A stretch of 46,242 bases of DNA, the filler included, from Catajapyx aquilonaris (Eukaryota), in NCBI GenBank assembly GCA_000934665.2. It is 2 parts of 2 records of this genome, joined end to end, with 100 filler letters (N's around TTAATTAATTAA, not from the genome) between each part and the next. Parts side by side here need not be neighbours in the genome. Positions count along the whole stretch, not along the records: positions 1 to 23,074 come from KZ539408.1; positions 23,175 to 46,242 come from KZ539409.1. The stretch is one strand, 5' to 3'. The notes beneath the pieces were generated by a model. The model was not told where the DNA came from, made no database searches, and worked only from the letters and a program-made list of their open reading frames with translations. Both the position numbers and the translations under genes were made by a program. Shown here piece after piece: positions 12,322 to 23,266 of this stretch. Within the stretch, counting starts at the first letter, position 1. Every line of letters begins with the position of its first letter.

Positions 12322-12741
12322 ACGGTATATATTTGACGGGTCTGACTAAAAAACGGCCAAGTCCTTAATATTAATTTGACGTTTCTTGTCCACGCGTACA
12401 ACAGACTTCTACCCCCACCCCCCTGTAAGGACAAAAGCGGACAAAGTGCAACCCCCCTCCCCCCCTTCACTTGTCAGCGCGGATTATCGACGGCCGCCAA
12501 GTTACGTATATAAACTCGACTTACAGACATTGTCAGGAACGTAATCCCGTTGGTAGACAGGGGATTTCCTGTACAATATAGTCAGTAGCCTACATATTGC
12601 ATATTCCCATTCCCATTTACAAAATAACGCAAAATAACAACAAAAACATCCCATTAAGAGTTCTTTCTGGAAATGTTCCAATATATTATGCTCAACAGTC
12701 AATGATTGTGAGCCATTTAAATGTCTTCTCTTCACTGTATC

Positions 12742-13855
12742 ATCTAGGCCTAAAATTCGTGACAAAAACACTGTTGATTGCTTTTTATGTAGTTTAAAAA
12801 TTCCAAACACGACTGTCATTTATATACACTGGACTTTTATTGCAAATGACTAATGGAATCTGACGTTCATTTGGACTGTTTAGTGAGCTTCTCGAGCTGT
12901 TCCTCCCTCTTCTTCAGGACCTCGTCTAGTTTGAAGACCTGAATGAAGAAACAACACCGTCACCAGTTGCTCACCAATAATAATCAGGCTCCCATGCAAT
13001 GACTCACCTTAGTTTCTAGAGCCCTGATCTTGGCATCTCTTCGTTCAATCTTCTTAACAAGGATCCGAGTGAGATCTTCGAACTCGCGGAGTATCTTACC
13101 GAGCGTCAACCGTCCTGGACCTAAAATTAATGACAAAGGCACAGTTGATTGCTTTTTATGTAGTTTAAAAATTCAAAACACGACTGTTATTACACTAGAC
13201 TTTTATTGTAAATGACTAATGAAATCTGACTTTCATTTGGACTGTTTAGTGAGCTCCTCGAGCTGTTCATCCCTCTCCTTCAGGAGCTTGTCTAGTTGGA
13301 AGACCTGAATGAAGAAACAACACCGTCACCAGTTGCTCACCAGTATAATAATCAGGCTCCCATGCAATGACTCACCTTAGTTTCTAGAGCCTTGATCTTG
13401 GCATCTCTTTGTTCAATCTTCTTAACACAAATCTGAGCGAGATCTTCGGACTCGCGGAGTATCTTAGGGAGCGTCAAGCGATCTAGGCCTAAAATTCATG
13501 ACAAAAACACTGTTGATTGCTTTTTATGCAGTTTAAAAATTCAAAACATGACTGTTATTACACTGGACTTTAATTTTAAATGACTAATGAAATCTACGTT
13601 CATTTGGACTGTTTAGGGAGCTCCTCGGGCTGCTCCTCCCTCTCCTTCAGGAGCTTGTCTAGTTGGAAGACCTGAATGAAGAAACAACACCGTCACCAGT
13701 TGCTCACCAGTAATAATCAGACTCCCATGCAATGACCAATGACTCACCTTTGTTTCTAGAGCCATAATCTTGGCATCTCTTTGTTCAATCTTCTTAACAA
13801 AGATCTGAGAGAGATCTTCGGACTCGCGGAGTATCATGCCGAGCGTCAACCGCTC
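12742..13855. repeat. Tandem repeat, ~367-bp unit, about 3 copies
   Basis: Equivalent stop codons at 12867, 13233 and 13600 (periods 366 and 367 nt). Confidence 0.95.
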
Positions 13856-14102
13856 GGGCAACCGATTACCGGTGACATCTTTGTCGGAGGGAGGAACTTG
13901 GTCTGTGGGGTCAAAATGAAAGGACAGGTTGGTCATGTCAGGTGCACAAGCTGGAACGCACTGGCGGAGTAGGCAACTTCCGACCTGAATATGCCAACTC
14001 GAGCCATGCTATGCCTTTCCAGGGTTTAATAGACGTTACTACCTTACCTAGTAAAGATGTAGCCTTTTCTTCTTTGCGTGTGACGATAGTTTCATTCTCC
14101 AT
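12867..14102 (-). CDS. Small coiled-coil/leucine-zipper protein gene with three tandem alternative 3' modules (unknown function)
   Basis: Exon 1 14102-14048 (MENETIVTRKEEKATSLL, phase 1); exon 2 from 13902. Module 1: to 13748 + 13671-13600; module 2: 13488-13376 + 13304-13233; module 3: 13120-13008 + 12938-12867. Each reads RLTLxxILRExEDLxxIxVKKIExRDAKIxALETK|VFxLDxxLKxRxEQxExLxKQSK* with GT-AG sites. Confidence 0.65.
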
Positions 14103-15155
14103 TTTGACTTCTAAATTTTAAGTTGTATTTTGGACTAACAATCTTATTGCCCTGGATACCTAACATTCTTGGCCTGTCCCATTGTTTGAGTCGTCAACAA
14201 TGGTGATAGTGTGCAGCCAATGATTGATCCAAAGAGTTATATTATAGCAGAACTCTTTGGATTGAGCTTACTAGTAGTTATAATTACCAGTTCATTAATC
14301 AGTAGTAAATAACAACTTCTTAATCTTTGTTTGTTATTACTTGCAAGCAATGAACAAGGACCAAAAATTAGTTTCAAATCTACTACAGCACTAGGTAGAA
14401 TAGTAATACCAAGTACGAAAGTGAACCTTATGTCTACTTGTCACCATCGCTTGAGATCTCAGAATATTTGAACAGGAATCGGTGTTCTAATACTTCAATC
14501 CATACTGGACACGATGACAATCACAGCGATGAGTCATGAACTAATTCTCTTTGTCACATAAAAAATCAGTCTCAATTTCTTTTGACTGGCCCTCGTATTT
14601 TCAACCTATTTTTACCTCTCCTGTTACATTTCTAAAATGGTTTATTCGCCATTTGGCCTTATGCCGACGTCATGTAGGCCTACTGTACAGTACAATTTGT
14701 ATTGTGGGCATACAGGAAAAATCAACCAAGTCCCATTTTGGCAGTTTTGAGTTCTTATTTTTCTGTTCTATCGTCTGGTATTAGTCCTAAAAATTTATAA
14801 TGAGCCAGCAAGCCAGGATTTTCTGTATTCACTACCATGCAAACATGAGCAAGGTCAAACATTTCCTTTAGATTTTCTCGAACTGTTTTTAAAAATCATG
14901 TTTTTGGACGTGGATTTCTCTTGTGTGCCCAGTATAATCTTATGTCAATTATGTCTCCACGGACAGACGGACGGATAGAGCCGTTCTAGAGGACATTATT
15001 TGTAAAGAAAAATCCTAAAAGTAAAAAAAAATATTTATTTCAGTGGAAGTGAGGCCACTTTTCCCCACTTACAACTGCTGTTGTTTACACTTAAAATAAG
15101 TGGAAATGTAGCAGTGATATGTTGGTGGTCAAGTAGTTTAGTGATCTGTGCACAG

Positions 15156-17086
15156 TAGGGCGGCTCGAAAAACACTTTTTTTCGAAAGTTGTAGCTCGCT
15201 AGTGAAAAAAAGTTGCGTTGGGTGATCCTTTTGACAGGTAAAAAATTTGAGTCATGTGGGTTAATATCCTACGGTCCCGCCAGAGGCGTTTGTGACGCAA
15301 CTTACGGGTTTTCGTTTTTTGGTGTGCGAGTACACTTACCCGGCCTAAACATGAAAGGTTGTGGCCATTTGGGGGTGAAATGTCGTTATTTTTGCGATAT
15401 CTTGCACCGTTGACGAGATATTGACCAAACCCCCAGGTTCAAAAATTACACCGTTCTGCAAAAAAACACTCTCTTTCGCTCTTTTGAAAACATTTATGTG
15501 CTTTTTATGGATTTCTGGGTGCTGAATCCGAATTCGGCAACAGATTTGCTCTATCACGCACAGTTCTAGAGATATATCGTTTTAAAACCTTGGACGGTTT
15601 ACTTGGGGTCTCTCCGAATCAAGTGGGCCTAATGTTGCTAGACCGCCTCGGATCTTGGTGAAAATAATCCCAGATGTACTCATCTATTCCTTAACGCTTC
15701 CTATAAAAATTCAGCCATATTGCTCAATACTATGATGAGGGGGAAAATCGCAAACATCTGGAAATGGCTGAGAATGATGCCATTTTTGGAGAATTTTTTT
15801 TCGGTTAGTGCAAATGGTCAAACCCTAATGAACATATATATCAAAAGAAAGGGAAACACCAGGACAATGCGCCTATGGAATTAGTATTCCTCTAAAATGT
15901 AAAAATTAATTTTTATAGCATTTCATTTGTCACTTGCACAGTCACATGCCCAAGAATATATTGTGACCTCAACATGTTCTGCAGAAAAATCCTATTTTGG
16001 ATAAAGGTAGATGGAATATATAGATTAAGGTGTACTGAATCCAGATCTGAAGTCAGAATGGCTCTATAACGTACATATTTTGAGAAAACTCAAATTTTGG
16101 GAGATACGACACTTAAATCAAGAATTGTGGTTTTTCACAGTTGTCGCAGTGTATATCCAGGACTGCATAAGGGTTTTCCCCGCAGGACTGCCCGAACTAG
16201 TGATATACGCTTTTGTATAAGTGTAAAAGGTACGAGAGGGAGTCGGCCAAGGACAGTCGATTATAATTGTTGAGGTCACAATATATTCTTGGGCATGTGA
16301 CTGTGCAAGTGACAAATGACATGCTATAAAAATTTATTTTTACATTTTAGAGGAATACTAATTCCATAGGCGCATTGTCCTGGTGTTTCCCTTTCTTTTG
16401 ATATATATGTTCATTGGGGTTTGACCATTTGCACTAACCGAAAAAAAATTCTCCAAAAAAGGCATCATTCTCAGCCATTTCCAGATGTTTGCGATTTTTC
16501 CCCTCATCATAGTATTGAGAAATATGGCTGAATTTTTATAGGAAGCGTTAAGGAATAGATGAGTACATCTGGGATTATTTTCACCAAGATCCGAGGCGGT
16601 CTAGCAACATTAGGCCCACTTGATTCGGAAAGACCCCAAGTAAACTGTCCAAGGTTTTAAAACGATATATCTCTAGAACTGTACGTGATAGAGCAAATCT
16701 GTTGCCGGATTCGGATTCAGCACCCCAAAATCCATAAAAAGCACATAAATGTTTTCAAAAGAGCGAAAGAGAGTGTTTTTTTGCAGAACGGTGTAATTTT
16801 TGAACCTGGGGTTTTGGTCAATATCTCGTCAACGGTGCAAGATATCGCAAAAATAACGACATTTCACCCCCAAATGGCCACAACCTTTCATGTTCAGGCC
16901 GGGTAAGTGTACTCGCACACCAAAAAACGAAAACCCGTAAGTTGCGTCACAAACGCCCCTGGCGGGACCGTAGGATATTAACCCACATGACTCAAATTTT
17001 TTACCTGTCAAAAGGATCACCCAACGCAACTTTTTTTCACTAGCGAACTACAACTTTCGAAAAAAAGTGTTTTTCGAGCCGCCCTA
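15156..17086. mobile_element. Non-autonomous hAT-type foldback element with ~819-bp TIRs and 8-bp TSD
   Basis: GTGCACAG|TAGGGCGGCTCG ... CGAGCCGCCCTA|GTGCACAG. Arms 15156-15974 and 16268-17086 are nearly identical around a 293-bp spacer; mirrored ORFs appear in the ORF track. Confidence 0.95.
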
Positions 17087-17098
17087 GTGCACAGTAAC

Positions 17099-17209
17099 CA
17101 AGGGGTTAACCACTTCGGTACTCCAGTGTACACCTGCAGTGGTACTCTTTGGTACTCCTTGAATTTGGTACTCCAGTATACACTTTACAGTCGAGTGGTT
17201 AACCCCTTG
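17099..17209. mobile_element. 111-bp MITE with 8-bp TSD (P- or hAT-type)
   Basis: ACAGTAAC|CAAGGGGTTAACCACT ... AGTGGTTAACCCCTTG|ACAGTAAC, with four internal GGTACTC repeats. Confidence 0.9.
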
Positions 17210-18064
17210 ACAGTAACTATCATGTATAATCTATGTCTTGGCTCTCCAATCCACTACTAGAATGAGTCATAATTCCCGTATGGCAAAGGCACATCAGGTA
17301 TGGTCCCTTACTCCAGCGCAGTATCTTCTAGTTTCCTATCAAAATGCAACGCTTCACTAAGTGGCAACATAAATGCAATCTCTGGAAACATCAAGCCCTG
17401 GTCCAACAAATGAGGGGTCTCAGATCCAAGAAGGCTAAGTCCAAAAAACAACAAAAAACAACAACAAAAAAAACGGGTCGTAAAATGAGCAAAAACTGCT
17501 CATTACTTAACTTTCACTGGTACAATCTTGAAACTTTTTGCGTCCATATGTCAGCTACATACGCAAATGTGCAATTAATACCCAATGACATTAAAATACA
17601 TTATTGCTGGAAGTATTTGTGTTACACCCCCCAAAAATGGACAAAATTGGGACATTCTTTTTTGATATTTTTTGACTTTTTTCAAACTTTAATGCACATT
17701 GTTATGCACCTACGACTTTTTGTGAATAAAAAATGAATACATCTTTACCAAGATGGTTGCTTAAGCCTAATTTTAAGACTGTATGACCACAAATTCCTCA
17801 GAGAGATCATGTCATCATGCGACAGGTGCCACAATGTCGCAAAAACTAAAATTTTGAATTGTAGAAAATCTATAGCTTACAGAGAAAAACAAAAACTAAC
17901 ATCAGATTTGGATTCAGCACACTCGAATTAAGCAAGAACAAGGTAGCGCTGGCATCAATGCAGCAAAAAACCTGTTGGCCTGTGTTATCAATCCATTCAG
18001 ATAGTTATTGTGAAGTGTGAATAATTGGGATATAAGTAGGAGCCTTGTGCACTGGCCTTATTAT

Positions 18065-18225
18065 TGGTGACTACTTTGGGCCACCTGGGCAGGGTCACTT
18101 TAGAAACTCTCCAACCGATCTCCAGCTGCACCTTAAATTTCAGTGCACACCTTTTGATGGTCACTTATGAAAGAACATCATCATCCAGTATTTGACACAT
18201 ATCCTGGTGAATCTCCTTTCTGCAT
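18065..18225 (-). mobile_element. Decayed mariner transposase N-terminal (HTH) fragment
   Basis: The minus strand reads KEIHQDMCQILDDDVLS*VTIKRCALKFK followed by a frameshifted ES..SDP/CPGGPK, resembling the mariner W...FK.GR.S..DD.R.GRP region. Confidence 0.6.
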
Positions 18226-18530
18226 GTCCTTGGTCATCACAGTGAGATGTTCTTTTTCTTTAGCTCCAAAATATACACTTTCACACCTGTAAGTGTCTGC
18301 ACAGTATCTCATGAAATAATGCAATTGGTGTGATACTTCAGGGTTGTAGCTTTTCAAAGTGCTATTGGAAGATCATTGTTTCATCCTCGCATCATCTACC
18401 TAGGGTTCAAAACTCTGCCTGACTCGTGTAGAGTGTGAATGCTGCATTCTTATTCCATCATTTTTGCTGCAATCTGTGCACAGTACATTACAACATTTTT
18501 CTAGGTGTAGATGTCATACCTTGGAATGTA

Positions 18531-19065
18531 CAGGGTGTCTACAATGAACTTCTCTAGTTTAGAGCGATAAAAAATAATAGAAATGCAGCTAGGTATTTAA
18601 GGTTTTGGTTGTTTCAACGGTCTGGAGACTCAACAGGTTTCATCCTGAAATTTTTGAACGGCCTATGTGATGTGGTGGTGCTCCTGTGGGGTATGCTGTC
18701 AGAAGATGCAAACATATTATCCTCAGAGGGAAAAATGCAAGTTAGCAGAGCTGAAGTTCATCACAGAGGTGCTGGATATTTTGCTTTTCCATAACTCCAA
18801 GACAGTCTATGAAACTAAAGTGGTCAGCCCATAATAATGTGTCCTCCATCACCCCTGACATTCTGAAGAGAACCTCTGGGAGGGAGATTATCGGATTAAT
18901 ATTGTGCTTGCTACTAAAGGAGGAAAGGTGGAAGGCTACATATATATTTTTTTTTACATAACTTGATGAGTGTCTCTTCTCATTTGTACAATTTCGACAC
19001 CATGGTTCAGTAACTTTCGTAATAGTAGCAAGTTGAAACTAGGGAGGTACGTTGTGGCCCCCCAG
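18531..19065 (+). mobile_element. Internally deleted, decayed Tc1/mariner-superfamily element
   Basis: TA|CAGGGTGTCTACAATGAACTTCTCTAGTTT ... AAACTAGGGAGGTACGTTGTGGCCCCCCAG|TA imperfect TIRs. Internal ITPDILKRT...RINIVLATKGGKVE resembles a transposase C-terminus. Confidence 0.65.
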
Positions 19066-19070
19066 TACTG

Positions 19071-19578
19071 TACTATTGGTCTCAATTAGTTTCGGCCACT
19101 TTATCCTGGTCTTGAAGCAACCCTTCACACACACCCACACCTGTTCTGAATTAGCTGTGGGGACGTGAAAATTCCACTTTTCGAAGCTAGTGTTAACTAA
19201 CCTAACCTAACCTAACCTAACCTACCCTACCCTACCCTACCTAAACTACCCTACCCTCACTCACCTAGGCTGAGAAAAATGGACTTTCGTGAAACTCTAC
19301 GAATGAAAATAGTGGGGACATGTCCCCACTATTTTTTTCACGTCCCCACAGTAATAGTACACAGCGCGTTTTTTTAGTGGGGACCTGAAAATGTCCCCAC
19401 AATTAAATTGTGGGGACACACGTCCCCACAGCTATAGTAAAATCACAAAAACACACAAACTTCTGTCCCCTGAGCTAATGCAAGACCTGTACACCCACAC
19501 ACACACACCGTGGGGCCTGTGCGAAGGGTTGCTTCAAGACCAGGATAAAGTGGCCGAAACTAATTGAGACCGATAGTA
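19071..19578. mobile_element. TIR element (61-bp TIRs) carrying (CCTAA)n/(CCTAC)n and GTGGGGAC/GTCCCCAC repeats
   Basis: 19071-19131 is the near-perfect reverse complement of 19518-19578; (CCTAA)4 lies at 19201-19220. Confidence 0.85.
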
Positions 19579-19728
19579 ATACAACAAGGTGCACTGCCAG
19601 GTAATATATCACTATGCAACACCATATTTGTCCATGGAAATTCACCACTATTTCCATGTTCCTTAGGTCACTCGTAACTCATAATGACCATTCATTTTGT
19701 CTTTGATTTGTTTTTGACCTCGGGGCAG

Positions 19729-21170
19729 GGTAATTCCAGGGCAGTTCAACCAAAAATAACCCAGAATGTCACCCCTAATTTTTTTATTTAAATGAAAATT
19801 GGCACACAGTAACATAATCACAATAGTAGTGTAAAACTAATTTCTGTTGCCCCCTAGTCTGTCAAGGTCAAGCGTGAAGTCAAGGTCAAAAAATGTATGG
19901 AGTGAAATTAAGTCCCTTCATTTCTTGCCATATCTCAGGAACTACTGGATCTATCTCAACAATTTATATGTCAATCAAGAGAGGGTAGTTACATGGTGTC
20001 CACAAAATGCCTGCAAATACTTTTAAAAATCAAATTCGACTCATTTTCTTGATGTCAAAACTTTTACCTTTGACCCAGCTAGTCTGGTAAAAGTCACGAG
20101 TTTTAAATTTAGAACAATGACTCTATACCCTATTCTTCGTCATTGAAAAAAGTTTTAAAAAAGTAAAGTTTTTTGTATTAGAGATATTAATTGACAAAGT
20201 TTGACTGGCGCAATGGTTCCGGTTTGGTCCCAACATTCATCCGACACCGAGCTAGTCATGTACAAGTGGTGGTGTTGAAATTTAGTACAGTGAAATCCGT
20301 TTATTTAGAGAGCCCTGTGTTTGACTCTAAACAACTCCCAGGAAAATTATCCAAATAAATAAAGTTATATATCGTTCGAAAACGTGTTTAAATCCACGTC
20401 ACATATATGCGAGTTGTTTTCCTGTCGTCAGTTTCTAATTTTTTATCATAAAAAGAAGGCGGAAAATTGTCATTTTATGACTAATTGCCGACGTTGCATC
20501 GCAAAGTGAATTTTTTGTGACACTTTCAGGAGGCCAAAATAATCTCCATGTGAACCCTGGATAGTGCACATCTTTGCCTATCTAATGATATATTTGAAAC
20601 ATTGTGATTGCCATTTGTGTAATCATAATTAAGTTAATTGCACACCTCTGTTATCTTGGCTGTTTATAATCCGAATTATTTCACGAATGTATCGATGGCA
20701 AGCCAGAAATGTGTGTGATAAGATTACATTGTGCTCTATTACACTAAAATTTTTAAAAGTATTTAAAAGTATCGCCGTCTATTCCCGCCAGAAAGCGGGC
20801 TGTGTCCTTTTATATTAAACTTACTAAAACAATACTTTTAAAAATTTTAGTGTAATAAAGCACAATGTTATCTTTCAGCACATTTCTGTCTTGCCATCGA
20901 TATATTCGTGAAGTAATTCGGATTATAAATAGTGGAGATAACAGAGGTGTGCAATTAACTTAATATGATTACATAAATGGCGATCTCAATGTTTCAAATA
21001 TATCATTAGATAGACAAAGATGTGCACTATCCAAGGTTCACAGGGGGATTTTTTTTGGTTTCCAGAATTAGTTTTACACTACTATTGTGATTAAGTTACT
21101 GTGTGCCAATTTTCATTTAAATAAAAATATGAGGGGTGTTATGGGCTGGTTGAATTGTCCTGGAATTACC
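19729..21170. mobile_element. 1.44-kb non-autonomous TIR element with ~115-bp termini and an internal ~230-bp inverted repeat
   Basis: CAG|GGTAATTCCAGGGCAGTTCAACCA ... TGGTTGAATTGTCCTGGAATTACC|CAG (possible 3-bp TSD). Subterminal match ~19770-19845 vs ~21063-21138; internal arms ~20533-20763 and ~20831-21058. Confidence 0.85.
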
Positions 21171-21261
21171 CAGAAGGTAATAATTTATTTTTTCTACTCC
21201 GCAGCAATCTCAGGTAGTATTTTCCTGATCACGGTCAAAAAATGACTCAAAACTTCGTATA

Positions 21262-22456
21262 TTAGTTAACATGTATTTCCTTTTTTGCATTGCAATATAC
21301 ATTGATCATCTTGGGAAGCAACTTAATATGAATAGGCTTCAGGTCAAATTCTTCTTGATCAATTGAAAGGACTGTTTCTTTCCCCTGGAAAAAAAAGGGC
21401 ATTATGATTTTTCAGTTTCATTATTATTTAATTGCATGATGCATTTGTAAAATACCTCAGTTACAGGCACCTGGGGATATATTTTTATCTCTTTTGCCCT
21501 CACTTGTTGTACTGTTGTGCCTTTTGAATGTCCGTGCACCCGCCTCCATCCCTCCTGTATAAACTCCCAAGTTCCAAGTGACTCAGGAGCTATTAAATAT
21601 CATAACCACAATGCATTGAAAATACAATAAAACCTGGTCACTTCATTAGTTAATACTCACCAATATCCAACTTTAAAAACTTCTCCCCTTTCTCTTGATC
21701 TGGGTCCACATTTGTTGTAACTATTGACATGCTAACAGTTGACAGCTGACTTTCCTGCCACTGACCACAATTGGGATTGTCAACCTTGCTGTAATCTTCA
21801 GCAAAAACTGTAAGAACAAAATAAACATTTACTCAAAGTACAGAGAGCTTTCTGCAGTAGTTTAGTAAGTTAATGTGTAATGTACAGCTGTTGCACATGT
21901 GTAATACAGGAGGACAGCACTGCAGAGGAAGTGTCAGTGTGTAGCTAAGATGCTTAAAATATGGTATAGCTCTTGTGCAAGTAGAATAATAACTTAGTAT
22001 TCCTTGCATTTCAAGCAACTGGCCTTCAGGATAGTTAATCAGGAACGCACCCTGCACCCCCAACATAATCTAGAGATTCTGAAGGGCCATCAAAATGTAC
22101 TTTTTGGCAAAAAGAGAGAAAACAGCTGGAATAACAAGTTAGGCTTCAGTTACTCATTTACCTTTTCCTTTTGGCTTTCTGGAGACATAGAACTGCCACC
22201 ACCTGAATTTGTCTCCTTGAGACAGTGGCTCACATTCTTGGGCACACTTTGAGCATCCCTGGCATGGTGGAGTGTAGCATATGAGGGCACGGCAATCCCA
22301 GGTAAGGTCCTTAAAGGCTTGAAAAAAGATGGCAGCATAGCCCCTCAGCCTTCCCCAGTACCAATACTGATCTTTGCAAGACTCTGCTTCAAAGAGTGCA
22401 CCCCACTCGATCCTGCCTAGAGCAAACACAGGCTTGCCTGATGATGTCTCCTCCGT
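21262..22456 (-). CDS. AGK: Acylglycerol kinase (AGK/Mulk), last four coding exons; 5' part absent from this segment
   Basis: Exons 22456-22162, 21807-21661, 21589-21456 and 21384-21262 splice in phase. They encode KPVFALGRIEWG...YWYWGRLR, WQESQLSTVSMSIVTTN, FIQEGWRRV and SIDQEEFDLKPIHIKLLPKMINVYC, matching human AGK PVFAMTGLRWG...YWYLGPLK, QLSTIELSITTRN and [25 protein letters not shown]. Confidence 0.9.
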
Positions 22457-22886
22457 CTAGTCATAGATAGAATAAGAAGCTGGTGAGTTTTAAAAAGTAA
22501 CTGGTAAAAATCTGCATCATTACATTGTGCAGTAACGTCTATGTTAAAATTTGCCATGGTCAAGTTCTAGACATTACCCCACTGGGCTGTTGAATACTTC
22601 TTAACAGTTAACAGTTTAAAAATTTAAAACGTTAAAAGGTCATTTCATTGACAAACTGACTTCTCACTAGCCAATTATGTCAGCCCACTTCCATACAGGG
22701 TGTTTCAGAGTCACGGTCAAGAGCGCGCGAGGGGGTGTGGAAAAATCGTAGGCGGCGACAACCATGTTTTGGTTTTATGAAACAATTAGAAATACGAGAA
22801 TAATAAATTATTTTATTACGGCGTGACATCACATCCTTTCTGTTCGAATTGAGTCAATTGACTGGCGCGGACTGGCAGGTGCAGTG

Positions 22887-23062
22887 GGTTGAACGGCTTT
22901 TAAGACTTGCGGCTTGCACTGAAAAAGGCGCTCTCATGCTATGCCGGTAGGGTACTGTACAAAGTAGTGTACTACTGTACAGTAGTGTGTACAGTACCCT
23001 GCCGGTATAGCAGCTGAGCGCCTTTTTCAGTGCAACCCGCAAGGCTAAAAAGCCGTTCAACC
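22887..23062. repeat. Palindromic element (~75-bp arms), probable MITE
   Basis: GGTTGAACGGCTTTT...TTGCACTGAAAAAGGCGCTC...AGGGTACTGTACA is mirrored by TGTACAGTACCCT...GAGCGCCTTTTTCAGTGCAA...AAAAGCCGTTCAACC. Confidence 0.85.
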
Positions 23063-23074
23063 AGGTTCAACCCA

Positions 23075-23174
23075 NNNNNNNNNNNNNNNNNNNNNNNNNN
23101 NNNNNNNNNNNNNNNNNNTTAATTAATTAANNNNNNNNNNNNNNNNNNNNNNNNNNNNNNNNNNNNNNNNNNNN
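23075..23174. other. Artificial contig spacer
   Basis: 44 N + TTAATTAATTAA (stops in all six frames) + 44 N, exactly 100 nt. Confidence 0.95.
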
Positions 23175-23266
23175 GGTAAACAACAACTGGAATACATGGT
23201 AACAAGTATCTAAGTTACACAAACAAGTGGCCAATAGAATAACAGCCAACATTACATTTCCTTACA

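Larger units (their letters stand above)
11253..12497. mobile_element. PIF/Harbinger-like MITE interrupted by nested insertions
   Basis: CAA|GGGGCCGTCCATAATCCACGCGGACA ... TGTCAGCGCGGATTATCGACGGCCGC|CAA: imperfect 26-bp TIRs, a 3-bp direct repeat and C-run interior. It spans a 10-N gap. Confidence 0.65.

Noticed and set aside
12742..13855. CRISPR-like array, or identity with the PKG leucine zipper
   Set aside because: The units are whole ~367-bp duplications with no repeat-spacer structure. The KIE..QRDA.I..LE resemblance to the PKG N-terminus is too generic, and no kinase or cyclic-nucleotide exons follow.
14227..14262. 12-bp stem-loop upstream of the coiled-coil gene
   Set aside because: Too short to distinguish from chance in AT-rich, MITE-rich DNA.
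15213..17029. Paired near-identical 66- and 70/73-aa ORFs on opposite strands
   Set aside because: By-products of the inverted arms of the foldback element; no transposase motifs.
19198..19256. True telomere or fusion scar
   Set aside because: Only about four perfect CCTAA units, enclosed by transposon TIRs.
23119..23130. TTAATTAATTAA as a biological motif
   Set aside because: It is centred in a symmetric N pad totalling 100 nt, so it is an artificial linker.
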